Assembly: GCA_051294375.1 (NCBI GenBank)
Contig: CM119269.1
Span: 15,387,918-15,451,917, forward strand
Length of the DNA stretch: 64,000 nt
Direction: 5' to 3'
Source: Paraspadella gotoi
Lineage: Eukaryota > Animalia > Chaetognatha
In this document: one piece after another, positions 43,068-59,079 of the stretch
Layout of the letters: each line of letters starts with the position of its first letter
Position numbering within the stretch: the first letter of the stretch is position 1
Notes under the pieces: generated by a model
Told to the model about the DNA's origin: nothing
What the model saw: the letters and a program-made list of their open reading frames with translations, nothing else
Databases searched by the model: none
Position numbers and translations under genes: made by a program

Positions 43068-46000
43068 TATTTTTAGGTTTAGTGATAAAACTTGGGTGCA
43101 GTCAACGTGTGAGCTTTAAAGCTTTTTACCAATCCGTCGCCACACACTTCTTAGTTTGTTTTTCTTTATTATTCTTCCATGCGTTAAAATTATCGGTTTT
43201 ATCTCCTGGGAAATAAAGTAATTAGATTTGAAGGGAAGCAGAGGAATCAGAATAAAAAACGGCTGGTCGAGAACAAGAAACTTGCTGAAGACAGAAACAT
43301 TCTCGAAAAACAGATAACGAGAAACGTCCCAGGTAAGTACAGATTGAATCAATGAGCTTCCCAGGGAGAAAAAAAAATCAACAATCAGAAAATCAACTAA
43401 AGTATCCAACGTAAATTTTTGCTTTCACAAAAATAAAAATGTAAAGTCCTGACGACCACTTAGTATTTTCACAAATGGTTGTCTGGCGACAATTAATTTC
43501 GGCAGTTAAACCTAAACGAGGAGAACCACCCCAAAGACTGTATTTGAAAAGGGAGGCAGTTTTGATAAAAGTAGGCAAAACCTCTTACGAAGTCTGAAAA
43601 AACGGCAGAAGTATCGAAAAGTGGGAGGAAATTCGTGAAACTCGACGGAGAATAAAATTTGAGAAAGACCTTTGTTCTCCTTGGCCTCTTTATTCGCACT
43701 TTGAACAAACTGTCATAAGGAGTTTAAAACTTTTAAACTATTCCGTTTGAAAAATCATTGAAAGGGAAGTGAAACTACGTAGAACATATCGCAAGGACCA
43801 ATCCTCTTTTTGTGACATCTTAACACAATTGGCATTTCCGTATAAAATTTTTTTTTCAAAGAAAAGAGACAAAATTTATTCGTGCCTTGTCCGTTTCTGT
43901 TTTAGTGGGGGAAAACTTTTATTAGCAGTTGGAATTCTTCTAATTTTTTTTTTTTTCAATCAGTACGAATTAAACGGAAAAACGAGAAAAACTATGATTC
44001 ATAGTATGAAGTAGATACCGAAAATGGTTTCAATCAGGATTAAATTATATCGGCTCTCGCTCTTTTTTCTCTCTGTCCTCGATTCATTAAACCCGAATCA
44101 AGCGGTGATTTTCCGTCAGGCCAAGGTGACCTGTTAAAATTTCCAGGCAACATCCTAAAGTTCTTCCCCCATTAACATTTTACAACACCCAACGGGTTAA
44201 TTTTTGATTCAATATTTTTGATTCAATAGGCTATCCTGCCCAGAGTCCTGTCCTGACTTTGGAAATTGCCTAAACTGCGGTTCAATCTTCAATTCAATTC
44301 CTAAACATTTTCCGACGACAAGGCGAAAAAAAGAGCAAATCCGAATGACTCTGACCTTTCATCCCCTTTTTCGCCGACTGCGGTCCTTGGTGAGCGAATG
44401 CTCTGAAAACTTTTCGAATTTCTCTACTTTTTTTATAATAATTGTCTATCATTATAAACAATGACTAACCTAGGATAACAAATATACTATCTAGGAAAAA
44501 AGTATATGACATTCTTAATAAAGGATATCTACTCAAAAACTTATTTGATTTAAAAAAAAATAGAATATTTTTAAATCTACATTAAATTTTTTTTCAGTAG
44601 CTTCCTTCTTTTTTTTTTGTAGGTCAAATGGTTTAGAAGTTAAAGGCAAAACAATGAAAAATGTTTAAAAAAATTATATTTAATTTTTTACCATTTTTAG
44701 TATTTGTTTTTATTTCGAATAAAGTTATTTTTTTATTTTTTTTAAAATTTGATAATGCTAAAGGCCTTGTACCTCTTTTTGGTTCAAAAAAGTACTATTA
44801 TAGCTCTCAGAAAAAAAAGAAAGATGCTCAACATCAACATCGGGGCTGAAAAAAATTGTGTTAAAGACGTGTAAAAATATTTCAATGCCGAATTATACCA
44901 AATATTAAGAATGTTTTATCCAGGTTTTATATACTTTTTTTTGAATAAATGAATTATGTTTTATACTTTTTTCCTAGATAGTATAACCGGATATATATCA
45001 GAGATAAAAAAAATTGGATTTAAAATCTCAAATTTGCTTACAAAATTATCCAGATTCAAACCCGAGACGTCCCAAGTGCGTATGCATAAAATCATAACCC
45101 CAAGGCCGCTTTCGCTCCGTGAGCGCTCATCGAAGACCAAAAAATATACGAAGGATGTTGATGAGAATTGCTTGGCTCTGAACCAATGGTTTCGGACGGT
45201 CGGAGCAGCACAATTTTTTTTTCGTTGGAACTTTGTGAACTTTTTTTCAGGCCGTCTTTGCGCGAACAAACAAAAAAGGATTCCTGGCCTCATCTCGCCT
45301 CGAATTCGCCGGGAGGAGGAAGAGGACGAATTTTCTAAAAAGGGGATTCATTGTTGTCGTTGTTGTTGTTGTTGTTCGCCTAATCGATGTTGCGAGAGGT
45401 AGATAAGAAATGAAAAGAGAAGGAGAACGGAAAAGAGAGAAATTTTGTCGTGAATAAAATGGTCGTTGAGAAAAAAGAGGATTGGCGTTTTTGTTAATTG
45501 TTTGGTTCTCCAGGAAAATTTCGAATTGTTCTCAACAAAACAATAACGTAAATTTCTGGAATTTTTTTGAAAGAGCGATGTATCGTCGAAGAAATTCAAT
45601 AAAAGTTTAGGGAGGATAACAATATGAATTTATTAATCTTAATGAAAAAATGACGAGATAATAAACTTTTTTTAGTTTTACATATTTTTTTACATATATT
45701 TCATACTTTACGAAAAAACAAATGACGTGACTGGAATTGTTCACCGGACGACTAAAGCGACGACGCACGGTGCGTGAATCCGAGTCGACGATGACTCACT
45801 TTGCCTCACGTTTCCTTTTGGGTCGAAGCGGAGTCAAATTCCAGAAAATTCCGAGCTTTGACTTCTCGGCCAATTACTCAACGAGGGCGACGAGAGGAGA
45901 AATTAAGGAAGACGCGAGTTCGATTCCTCTCCTTTCATGAATCCTATCAGAAACTTACGAATTGTTTTTAACAGAACACAAGAAAAAAATTACCACAACA

Positions 46001-47841
46001 GATGCTTTGGATTTGAAAGACTACATTAACTAAAATTAGCAATTATGATAAATATTTTGTTAACCGAATTCAAAATTATGAGTCACGCTTACGATAAATC
46101 CTTGTAAGCTCCGATAAGAACTATCACAAAAATCGTTAAAATCAATAAAATTTAGACAAATAATAATGGATCGACGGAATTCCGTTTGCCGTTTTTTTTT
46201 CTTTTTTTTTCGTTGATAAGGCCGAATTTGGAACCAGGTTGACTGCTTTTTATTTTGAGGCGAGATCTCTTTTTGTTTAGAATCCGGTCTCGTCCACAAA
46301 ATCTCGAAAAGACCCCATTTTATCCCCTTTTGTCGGCGAAGACTTCTGAACGACGACAGACGAAAAGCGCTGAGGCCCAGGGGCGGCGAAAGAAGTCGGG
46401 GACCTTTTGGGAGAGGGAAGGAGGGATGTAGTGTTAGATCCAAAGACAGAAAGAATAAGCGGCTGTAGTGGAGAAAGGGAAGTTTGAGAAAGAAAGAAGA
46501 TTTTTAGGTAGATGAGAAGTCTTATCTTTTCCTTTTCAAAGGCTTTTGCCTTATCAGGATTTTTTCGGCGACGAAGGATCTCCGATCCAATTCTTGACAA
46601 TCGGTAGGTGAATCTCGTCGCATAGCAACCGGCCAAGCGGGAGAACAGAAAAGAAATTTAAGACGTCAAAAGTTGTCGGATTCTTTTACATAGTAGATGT
46701 AAAATTCGATCGGGCCAACAAGAGGAAACAAAAAGAGACGAGATAATTAGCGTTCGAAGAAAAAAATCTTTCGACCTTTCTCAGATTTTTTTACTCGGAA
46801 GGATCCAAAGCCCCAGTTTTGCCGACGGGCCCCGAGCCGCCTCACCACCAAATACAAAGTATCAAGAGAAAGTCGATTGCGATTTCCTTTTTTTCCGATC
46901 GGCCGGCGGATGTGTGAGTCGTGTCACGCATTTCACTCTCCCGATTAACCGCCCGTGGAGTGGTTTAAATTCAATTTTAAAGATGTTAACTGTAGTTTTT
47001 TTTAAAAATTATATCATTTAAATTTATACCGTTTTAAATTTTCTCGAAAACGAAAACCAAAAATTTTACGACGTGCAATTATTGAGTTTGGGGGCTGAGT
47101 CATTATAATTGAGGCAGTGCGATAGAAAAGCTTCGGATTTACTAAAGCCAAAGAGAGACAGTTCAGTTGCGTGCTGGTTCTTTCTAAATCCCAAATAGAA
47201 AAAAAATCAGTGCATGTCATAACAGATGGAGATATAAGAAGTATTTACACCTCATTTTGTTACATACACAATATCAAAACCTGATTCATAAAGTTCTCCC
47301 ATGTAGATTGTAGTAGAAACTGTAATTATGCTTATACCATGTGTTGCAAAAACCTTTTTGGAAAGAGATGAAGAAAAACTAATGTGAAGATTTGAGAGGT
47401 CATCAATAAATGAATTAAGGCTAGGACAAAATCATAAATTTTATATTTTTTATAATGAAGGTAAAACTAAGATTAGGGATATATAGATAGACCTTTATTA
47501 ATTTGAATTCTAATAATTTTTTTTCTCTATATGCTAGTTTTGACCAGAAAAACCAGAAAAAAAGTCGTTCATTTCGAAAAAAAAAAGTTTTAGTTGTTGA
47601 TGTTGTCACCAAAAAGTTGAGATTAAACTTAAAAAACAAATAGTCTTGACTCTAGTATATAATATATATAATATAATAAATATATAATTATAAATATAGA
47701 ATATCAAAAGTCCAAATAATTAAAAATACGAGAACCTTAGTTCTGAAATGCTCTTTTGTCTAGGACCAGTAGCTCGCTCTTATTAATACCCTGCCGCAAT
47801 TAACCAATCGAAGATAAAACGTCATCAGACTACTCGCAATC

Positions 47842-49444
<1,603 letters not shown>

Positions 49445-49619
49445 CGCCTTTCATTAACTCTTCCCATGTATTACGCACCGTTATTCGTACTATTTCCCCC
49501 CCCCCTGCCGATCGTTAACGCGTTTTAACGTCAGCGGTTCGGTGATAGTCTTATTTTATTACGCTTTATGGTAATGATTTTTTGTAGTTCGAACTTTAAA
49601 CTTAAACAAAACAAATGAA

Positions 49620-50684
49620 ATGGATTCGGTGATCGATTTGACGAGAGAATACTCCTACGATGGCGAGGAAGAGGAGGTCGTCGAAGAAGAGGACGACGAC
49701 GACGTGGTGATAACGGGAATCGATCTACCCCCTCCGTCTCCCGAGTCCACGCTCACCCCTGCCCCCTCCAAATTCGACGATCACAATAGAAAAACTCTCG
49801 ATAACATGAACCCAGGCGATCTGATCGAATTTCACCGCGGCCTCTACCATCACTGGGGCGTAAGCATCGGTGAAGGACAAATCATCCACTTGAGCGGCGA
49901 AGGAGGCGACGGAATCAGGTTTTGAATCCTCGAGCATTTTCCGCGGAGAGAGGTCACTTTACGACCAATCTTATACCCCTCCCCCCCCCCGCAGTGCGAG
50001 CGCTGGCGGATCTATTGGCTCCATCTCCGGCGTCGCCTTCACGGTTTCCGGCGTCCAGTTCGACAAGGCCAGAGTCAAGTGCGACGGTTTTTGGGAAATC
50101 GCCCGCGGGTGCAAAGCAAGCGTCAACAATTCCAAGGACACTATTATTCGGTAGCCTCAGGATTTTTTTCGCGTTCATGATTAATCTCTGTTGACATTTC
50201 TCGGTCGGTCTATCGGTCGGTCGTATGTTTGTCTGTCGGTTTATCTCACTAATTTTAAAAATGTTCCTATCTTGCTTATACTTGGTTGCTCATTTGTTAT
50301 GATAGGAAAAAACCTCAAATCTAACCAACTGATGTTTTTTTATATAAATCTCAAACTAAAACGTCGAAAATACTAAAGATAACAAAGTCACTGCGGCGCA
50401 ACCCATTTGAATTTCGGTTCTTCTTCTTTTATATTGATGACATTATTTATCGTGTAATTGTCTGTCTCGTCAGTCCCGACGCGACTCACGTGATTGTCAA
50501 CCGAGCGCTAAGCAAAATTGGTGTCATCGGATACAACGTGCTGTGGTCCAACTGCGAACACTTCTCTTCATGGTGCCGTTACGGGATGGGATGGAGCGAC
50601 CAAGTGGAAAAGTTTGTCAGAGTATTCGACAGGTTGGTCGCCCCACAACATCGACTGAAGGGAAGTCGGTGTGCTTATCATTAA
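49620..50684 (+). CDS. LRAT/PLAAT (HRASLS) family permuted NlpC/P60 acyltransferase-phospholipase; 3 exons
   Basis: PGDLIEFHRGLYHHWGVSIGEGQIIHL, VNNSKD and YNVLWSNCEHFSSWCRYG...SDQV; the His-His-Cys triad is intact. Confidence 0.92.
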
Positions 50685-51137
50685 CCGCGTTTCTTTAATA
50701 GTTACTTTAAATAATCTTATAATTCATCATGTCCTCCGACAATCTCCCTCAACATTTTTTTTTCTCATTGCGATCTTTACAAAAATCTTCCTCCCGCGCA
50801 GGGGAAAGGAGGTGTTAACGTCAGCGATGATGCTTCTCGGTTTTTGTCCTCGACGAATGAGACCCTACGCCTCTACAGCCGACGAGGAAGAGAATCTTCC
50901 GCCTCAAGAGCGCAAATTTCCTGAACTGGAATTTTTCAACTAGTCGACCCGATTCGGGCGGGAAATGCCCGCCCAATCTTAATTATCTCACAATTTTTAT
51001 TTATATCATTATAAATTATTGTATTTTTTTTCGCCATGGTGCCAAGAATGAGAAGTAAGATTGATCCACCACGACCGCTTGTTTTTGGAGTCACGAATTG
51101 GTCCGCGCCAAGTTAGTTCAGTCACCAACCAAACGAT

Positions 51138-52450
51138 TTATTCAGCCTCCATCAATGTGTTAATTTTCTCCTGGAGTTCTTTCAGTTCTCTTTCTGCCTT
51201 TTTCTCCTGAGCAGTTTTTGCCACCTTTCCGAGATTGCGAGCCATTTCGTTGTATCGTTTGGCTACCACAATATCACCGATGGCAAATTTAGACTGGAAA
51301 AACAAGAGCTTACCGTGGATTAAAAAAAAAAAATCAGAAACGATAAAAAAAATTGAAAGGGCAACACCAACCTGAGCCAACATATTGATGCAACAAATAT
51401 CATTTGGTTTGGCTTGAAGCGCTTTGTAAGCATGCCTCGTGGTTGTTCGCCATAGGGATTCTTGGTCTTGGTGTAGCTAGTCAAGCAAGTTTTAAAAAAT
51501 GTCAGCGAAGTTCACTGTTGAAAAACAAAACTCTTACCGCGTTATTTGAAGACTTGTCAAAAAATGCTGAGACGGACATAATAGATTTCAAACCAGCTTC
51601 CGTTCGGTTTTTGGCCATGCCGTAGTGGTATTCCGCCAGCGCAAAATTGGCAAGGAAGTTGGAGTCGTCCTCGCGATACGCGGCCTCCATGTGCTCCCGC
51701 GCCAACTGCCGAGGGGGGGGGGGAGAGACCGATTTCTTTGCTTTCGCGGTCATGACCTGAATCTCCCTACCGCGTGGAGCTCCCTTTGCTCCTCGTCTCG
51801 TCTCCGATCCCCCCGATCCTGCAGGACGACTCCATAAAGGGCGAGCACTTCCGACCTGAGCGCGCGGTCTCGTAATCGCGGCACTTGCTCAACCGCCTTT
51901 CCGATAAATAGGAGCGCCTCGTCGTGCAAGGTTTTCCGCCTATCCATTGACGTGTTGATCAATGCTTAAAACAAAAGATTTTTAAGAACGAAAATAGTCA
52001 AGACTGAACCAAAAGTAATAGCATAAAGCTTTTTTGTACCCATGTGATGGCAAGCTCTCGCTAAATGAAATAGCAACCGTGGGTCTCGATCGGTTTCAGG
52101 ATGAAGGTTCAGCATTTGGTATATTTCGTCGAAACGATCCTCGGCAAACAGCGCCTCGGCTTTCCCAGCTGCGTTTTCGTTCTTCAACCTGTGGAGTTTC
52201 GAAGGCGATTTCGTGTAAAATCACGATTATTAGAGCATCTCGAACAATCCCAGAGTAGCTCTTACCCAAAAAAAGACTTGATTTCGCATTTGGCGACGAT
52301 TGGGGACGCGGGAAGTTTAGGAACGCCGCTATAGAGAGCTCCTGCCGCCAGACACGCGACCCCAACCGTTTTAGCGCTAATCAACCCCGAGCGGAGGTAT
52401 TGCGCGGTTGCACGAACTACACCGGAGCCGTTTCGTAGACCAGTTGCCAT
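51138..52450 (-). CDS. Helical-repeat protein resembling regulator of microtubule dynamics (RMDN/FAM82), with a mitochondrial-type N-terminus
   Basis: Arg/Ser/Ala-rich presequence plus a short TM; KAEALFAEDRFDEIYQML...RLLFHLARAC; AREHMEAAYREDDSNFLANFALAEYHY; GT-AG introns. Divergent, so the family call is tentative. Confidence 0.55.
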
Positions 52451-53509
52451 TGCGTTAAAAAACCAAAAAATTAAAAAAAAGATTCAAAAAATGAAAAAAA
52501 AAGTAAAAAAATGAAGATGCGTACGTGTACGATATACGGTACGATTACGATGTAAGCTATTTGTTGATGTGAATAAAGCTAGAAAATTATTGCCACGGAG
52601 TTGCTGTAAAATCTGTGGGACTTAACTATTACCAAGACTAGGTTTCGAACATAAACTTATCAAGAATAGCTAAATTGTTATGTCTTACATGACAAGTCAC
52701 TAACTTCTCGTACAAGTTCTGGTTATAACTAGAATTGTTTCTACCTCAATCATTAACCAATCATCCGATTGGTAATGTTATTAGTACATAGGAAAAAGGC
52801 ATTGTCATTGATATATGATCATGATCAAAGGCAACACTGATTTGTCAAACAAGACACAAGGCAGCGGAGATGAAAACAAAAAGATAAATACGCAAAGGTA
52901 AACATTAAAATATTGTCAGCAAATGAATCGTCAGGATGATAATGGATTTTAAAATACGAAAAACGATTGACCACGATATGAAGCGTCATGAAAGGGGATA
53001 AAATTACGAAATAATTATAAGGACGGTAGAACGATGACAATGGAATTGGCTAAGGGAGAGCTACGAATATGGACTAGATAACACTGATGCTAGCGAATAA
53101 ATTTCAAATGAATACTAAAGCAAGATAAAACCTCAATAATGGATTAATGGAGTAACTTTTAAAACTCGCTTTTCAAATTAAAAAGCAGACAGGTTTAAAA
53201 ATGGTATGATTCAAAACCGATATTTAAATATAATAGGCATAAAAGACACGTTCTGATCTGATTGCTCGATCCTTTGAAAAATTTTAAAATTGTTTCATTT
53301 CATTAAAAGTTATAAGTATTATAGACAAAATTTCAAGGAAAGAAGTTTTTTTCATTTTTTGTAATAATTATTATAATCATAAAATAGATCGCATATCCTT
53401 AGGTTAATATTATAATTTATTTTGCTGTAAACAAAATTTTTGCCGCATCGTTGAACTTATGATGATAGTCATTATCAAGTCTTTCATAGTTTTTGACCAG
53501 TTCTTCTTA

Positions 53510-56500
53510 CTACGTGACGCGATAAACGCTGTTGGTAAGTCTTACGGGTAATCCGCCAATGTTCACCTGGAACGAAATTATCACAATAATTACAATATAC
53601 TTATTATACTCTATATCCATCGTAACATTATAGAAAAAAAAATTTAACACGTCACCTGGTAGAATTCGACAAGTTGAATCAGATCATTGAATCGTGTTCG
53701 GCCACCGTCTAAACTGAAACACACTCGCCCGGCTTCTTGAAACTAAAAACGAAAAATCAGAAAATTAATAATTTTATACCATAGTAGAAATCTACTATGA
53801 AATTATGTTCAATAGGGGCGGGGGTTCAAAACTTTAGTCTTGAAGTCTACTTTTAGGTAAAAAAAGAATTTTTAAAAAAAGTTCGATTTTAATGCTTTTA
53901 TTGTTGTTATTAAAATTACAATATTACTATTATTACTATCTTACTATATAATGATAAAAAAAAATTTTAATCAATCTTAACTTTTTTTGATGAATTCTGA
54001 TAGAGCATAAAAAGTTAAATAAAAAATATAACTACAACTTTCAAAAATTTTTATGTTCTCTTGGTCAAAATTAATAAAAAGTAATAAAATTATCAAAAAA
54101 TGATGTTATAAATAGTTTTTCATATTTTTCACACATTTATGATCAAAATATCGAAAAAAGAATTATACTTTGTGTAGAGAACTTTTTGCAAGCTACCTGA
54201 ATCTGATCTTAAAAATAAAAAAATAAAAAAAATTTTAGGCTTTCCTATTTATTTATAAATAAACATTAAAAAATTAATATATAGAGTATGGAGTAATATT
54301 AAAATTTTTTGTCTATTCAAATTTTTTAAAAAATGTCTAAATTTTCGTTTGAGCAGGTGCTTAATTCAAATTTCTTAACCACCTTACTGAGTTAAGCTCC
54401 CCCTAACCATAGCCAGCAATAGCAGCAATACACCCCACTCACCGCGGTTATTCGAAAATGTCGAGTCTTTAACCCGTGCGCCAGCGTTAAAACGTAGGTC
54501 CCGGAGTAGCTGAGACTCTCTCGCAGCAGGAAGAGTCCGTCTGTGGCGCCATGAATCTTGATCAGGTCTTGCGCCTCCTCGCGAGAGATTTTCCCGTGGA
54601 ACCAGGGTTGGCCCAGGTGGACGGCGGCTCCGGGGTGTGGGAAGCGGGGTGGTTGGAGGGCGAGGTCTTTGGTCGAGTGAGGGCGGGGAAGCGGGGCGGC
54701 AAACCCGGCCGCGCGGTGGGGCGAGGAGGGAAGGTGGGGGGAGGGAGAGAGTGGGGAGGACCGAGTCTCGCTGCGGTCCCACCGCTCGCCAGAGGCGATG
54801 GAACGGAAGGAAGACGTCGCCCGTTGACGCCACACGTGCGCCTCCTCGATGGCGGCCCCTTCCGCTTCCACGGGGTCCTCGATCACGCGACCCCCGTCGG
54901 GACCCGTGAAGTCCATCGCCACGCGATTTTGCGACCAGTGGACATCGTCCTGCGGGCGGTTGGACGATAGACATTAACATTCAAGATATAATTATTAGAT
55001 AGCCAGATTTATCTTAGAATTGATAGAATTATTGCTTTGATTTAAAAAACAATACAATAACTGAATACATGAACTATGTACATTATACAATCTATTCTTT
55101 TTTCCTTTTTCCATCCAGTATTTAAATTTTTAACACTCACCCCTGGGGACGCCATCGTCGACGGGTAAGTATTTTGCCGGCCTCGACTCTGACTCCGCAG
55201 TTCGCGTCTCTCTCTTCGCTCCGCCTCCCGGTAATTTTCCCGAAGCTGCTGTCCGAACTTGGCCAGCCGCAGTCCCGCTAACCAGCACTGTCGTTGTCGT
55301 TCGTCCTCCACGCACACCCACAACATCTCTTTGGGCTCCGCGACCGCTTTGTCGGGCTGAGAGTTCAATTGAATTTCGTTTAATGACAAGACGGAAATGT
55401 AAATGCACCTAATTTGCGACGAGACAGAGATAAAAAGACTCGGACCCAGACATCGTCGCGAAGGGTTAAAAAGTGTGCGGAGTTCCCCCTTATCGATCGC
55501 TCACCTTTAAACAGAAACAAAACTCGGTCGGGGGATTGACTCCAGTCTTTTTGGGTTGCGTTGCCACGTAGATGCTCGACTCTTGCAGACCCGAGATCAG
55601 TACCATGTGGCGAGGTTCTTTTGATGTCCCTGGGAGACGAAAAAAAAAGCATTAAAAATAATTATATTTATTATTATGATTCTTCAAAAATTTGACTCCA
55701 AAAAATAAATATCAATTTACCCCGAGCCCGTGGCCGAAACCGGAGAGAAAATTCTATCAACTTTCATCTCTTCACATTCTATATTTAATTTTAAAAGATT
55801 ACCTTTGGAAGAGACGTAAAGACCGGAGCCACGAAGAAAAGCAAAAGCCTTTCTCCAGCTTTTCTTGCCCATCTCCCTCATAACGACGTGGCCTTGAAGC
55901 TCCGGCACCTTCTCCGAAGACGAGTTATCGCGATACCCGATGGTCTCATCGCCGACTGGATCGACGCTCACGATGCTCTGAGAAAGGATCAGTTATTATT
56001 CTTACCAAATATTGCTATAATATAAACTGGTAAACAGACTAGGCTTGAATTAACTGGTCAGACGTCAGATTGAACAATGAACACTTATGACTTTTCCTAA
56101 CCACTATTCTCTTGTAGATTTCCGCCGTTTCCAAGGTATTGGCTTCGGCGCTTAGACTCAGCATTTGCAGCGGAAACGTCTGCAGAGGATTCTTAAAAAG
56201 TTCGAAGCGACGAAAATCCTTTCGGAAGGCGAAGCGGGGAGCCGAGTCGGTCGACGGAGGAGACGAGCCTGATTATGAAAACAAATGGTCGATTTAAATT
56301 TTGCATCAATACTTTTTAGAAAACAGTTCAGAAAACAATTTTGTAAAGACTTATTCAGTGATTGATTGATTCATCACCAACTGCCCATAAAAAGAAGAGA
56401 TTACAAAAAAATCATTGAAAAAAGAACGAAGTTTCTTTAATAAAAAACTAAAATTGCATACCGGAAGCGGAGGCGAGGGCTCTGGCGAGGAACGGCGATG

Positions 56501-59019
56501 AGGAGGTCGAAGAGTTGTCGACTTTGGACGGCCACGTCAGCTCCACAATCTCCAAGATCTTCTCGTGATCTTCCAGACTCCGTTCTGTGCGTCATCAATT
56601 AAAATTTCAAAGAGTGAGTGAGAAAACAAATCTTAGCTGAGAAAGACAAGTCTCCCTTCCCCCTTACCAATGCCGAGGGCTGGAAACTGCTCAACGATGC
56701 ACCAAACGCTGTTCTCCATGGCGCGGGTTCGGTGGATGAGAACGTGGCACAAGTCTCCGGCCGTCATGTATTCATCCGCCGTGATGTTGCGGTGGACGTT
56801 CTCCTCCGTGTAGACAAGAAGCTCCGTCTAGGGTGCCGAGTAAATAATGATAATAATTTATTATATAATATATTAAATAATAATAATATAACATAATAAC
56901 AATAATTTATTATTATAATTTACATAGTGACATTAATATCTTGATTTTGTATGAAAATTTAAAAAAAATTTAAATTTTGTATTTTAAAATATTCAATAAA
57001 AATATTTATTACAAATTATTTTATTTGTTATATTTATTTATATATTTTTTTAGAATTAGTTTTTATTAATTTTGATTTTTGATAATCTAAATCTGAATTT
57101 TATTAAACTATTAATGGGAGTGTTGTCTTCTGGTAATTGAGGGAGCATTTATACAACAAAAGGTTATATTACATCCTACCCAAGTATATAATTATAAAAT
57201 ATATCAATTTATTTAGAAGAAAACGTGCTCTATGAAAAGAGTTACGAAACATTCAAGCTCACAATGCATAAATTCCACTGAGAAACTCACATGCTTGGGG
57301 CCGATGTAGATTGAGTTGGAAACGGCCTTGGGGTCATTGACTTCTCGCTGGTGAATTCGAAAAGGCAACGATTGAGTTAGTTAACTAAGTTAGTAAAACG
57401 ATTAACTTGATTAGGGTTGTCTTTCCCATAAAAAAATGTATGGTGGAGGTTGCGTTTTTAACGTTTTTAACGATGGCCGGAAATATGGTTCTTGTGGCCT
57501 AAAACGTTCTCCATAAATAATAAATTCATTTAATACACGTATATAAGTTTTTAATTACATTTTAAATACTTTTACGCATGTTTACAACAAATAAATTGTG
57601 GTCTGTAGGACCTACATTGTAGGTACATATAGCAAAAGAGACCAACTAAGCAGATGGTATAAAATACTTGAAATTCGGTGTGGAAAAGACTGAGGTTGGA
57701 GCCGCACCCCCAGAGTCGTGTCGAAGACTCGCTAAAAGTCGAATTCATCGATTCCAGCGATCGGCATCCTCGAAGCGCCCAACGCCAAGATGGTGCAGCA
57801 GCCGGAACGGCCTTGACGCCGTATCGACGCTCTGGCGATGAAGGCGTCGCCTCTCTGTCTCGCCGCGACCTTCGACGCGGAAAAAGACGCCACCGCCTTC
57901 GCCGCCGCGAGAACCAACCGCCGACGGTTTGGACGACGCGGCGCCACCTCGAAACTCGGCGCTCCTTCTCGGCTTCGAATCGGAAATTGTCCCAGCGTCG
58001 TTCGGCCGAGGGACCGACCAAAACGTCGTCTTCATGGTCGAAGACGAGATTTTCAACGAAACTGACCGACCGCGACGACATGAGTCGTTCAACGATTTCT
58101 TGTGATTTTGAAAACGCGAACACGAATTTTTGTTCAAATTCTCTTTTTTTTTATCGATTTTTTTTTCCTTTTTCCTTTTTTTTTTCCTGCGCGAGATATC
58201 AGAAGTTCATTTCGAGGTAGTTAGAATATTTAAAAAAGATCTTCATTCCAGGACTCTCGAAAAAAATATTGGATCTCTTTCTCGCTTTGCTCAGCTGGAA
58301 AGGCAGTTATAAAATATTTTATTTGCTAATGCCTCCTTATTGGAAGGCACTTTTATAAGGTGATAAAGGACTGGCTTGGATAAAGTTAAATGAGTTATTA
58401 GAATCAGATAAAATTCTAATCAATAAATAATAATCGCTTTAAAATTACCGACGGACCGACTGAAAAGTGCCTTGCTGAGAGATTTTTAGCAGAGGCCGGA
58501 CGAAAAAGATTCGGCAAGATGGCACAGTTTTGAAAAAAAATCGATTTGGTGAAATTTTAATTATTTTACCGTTTCAATTTTTAAATGAAAGAAATTAAAA
58601 AAAACAATTTCCATTCATGTTATTTACTACCTAGTATCTAAAAAATAATTTGAAATGAATCCAAAAATGATGTTCATAATTATAATAGTATTTATGAATT
58701 AAAGTCGTTTTTTCTGGGTAAGGTAAAGGGAAAAACGGATCAACGAGTTCAACGATTCAGTGCAACGGAACTCTTCAAACTTTTTACGATCGAGCAAAGT
58801 CCGAGGGACTCTCTCTGCATCGAGCTCCGAGTACTAAAAACTGCAAAGTTGATAACCTTTCTTCTGGCGCCACTTTAACCATTAAGTTGGAAACGAATAA
58901 AAAGCTGAAACGTGCATATGTCTAGTTTAACGGTGAAAAAAAATTATTATCATTATTTATAAAGGACCGAATAAGTTATAAGTGATTTTTAGGTGAAAAT
59001 AAAGAAAGAGGGAAATAAG

Positions 59020-59079
<60 letters not shown>

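Noticed and set aside
51750-51780. Apparent frameshift in the RMDN-like gene
   Set aside because: Resolved by a short GT-AG intron (GTAGGG...CCCTCGGCAG).
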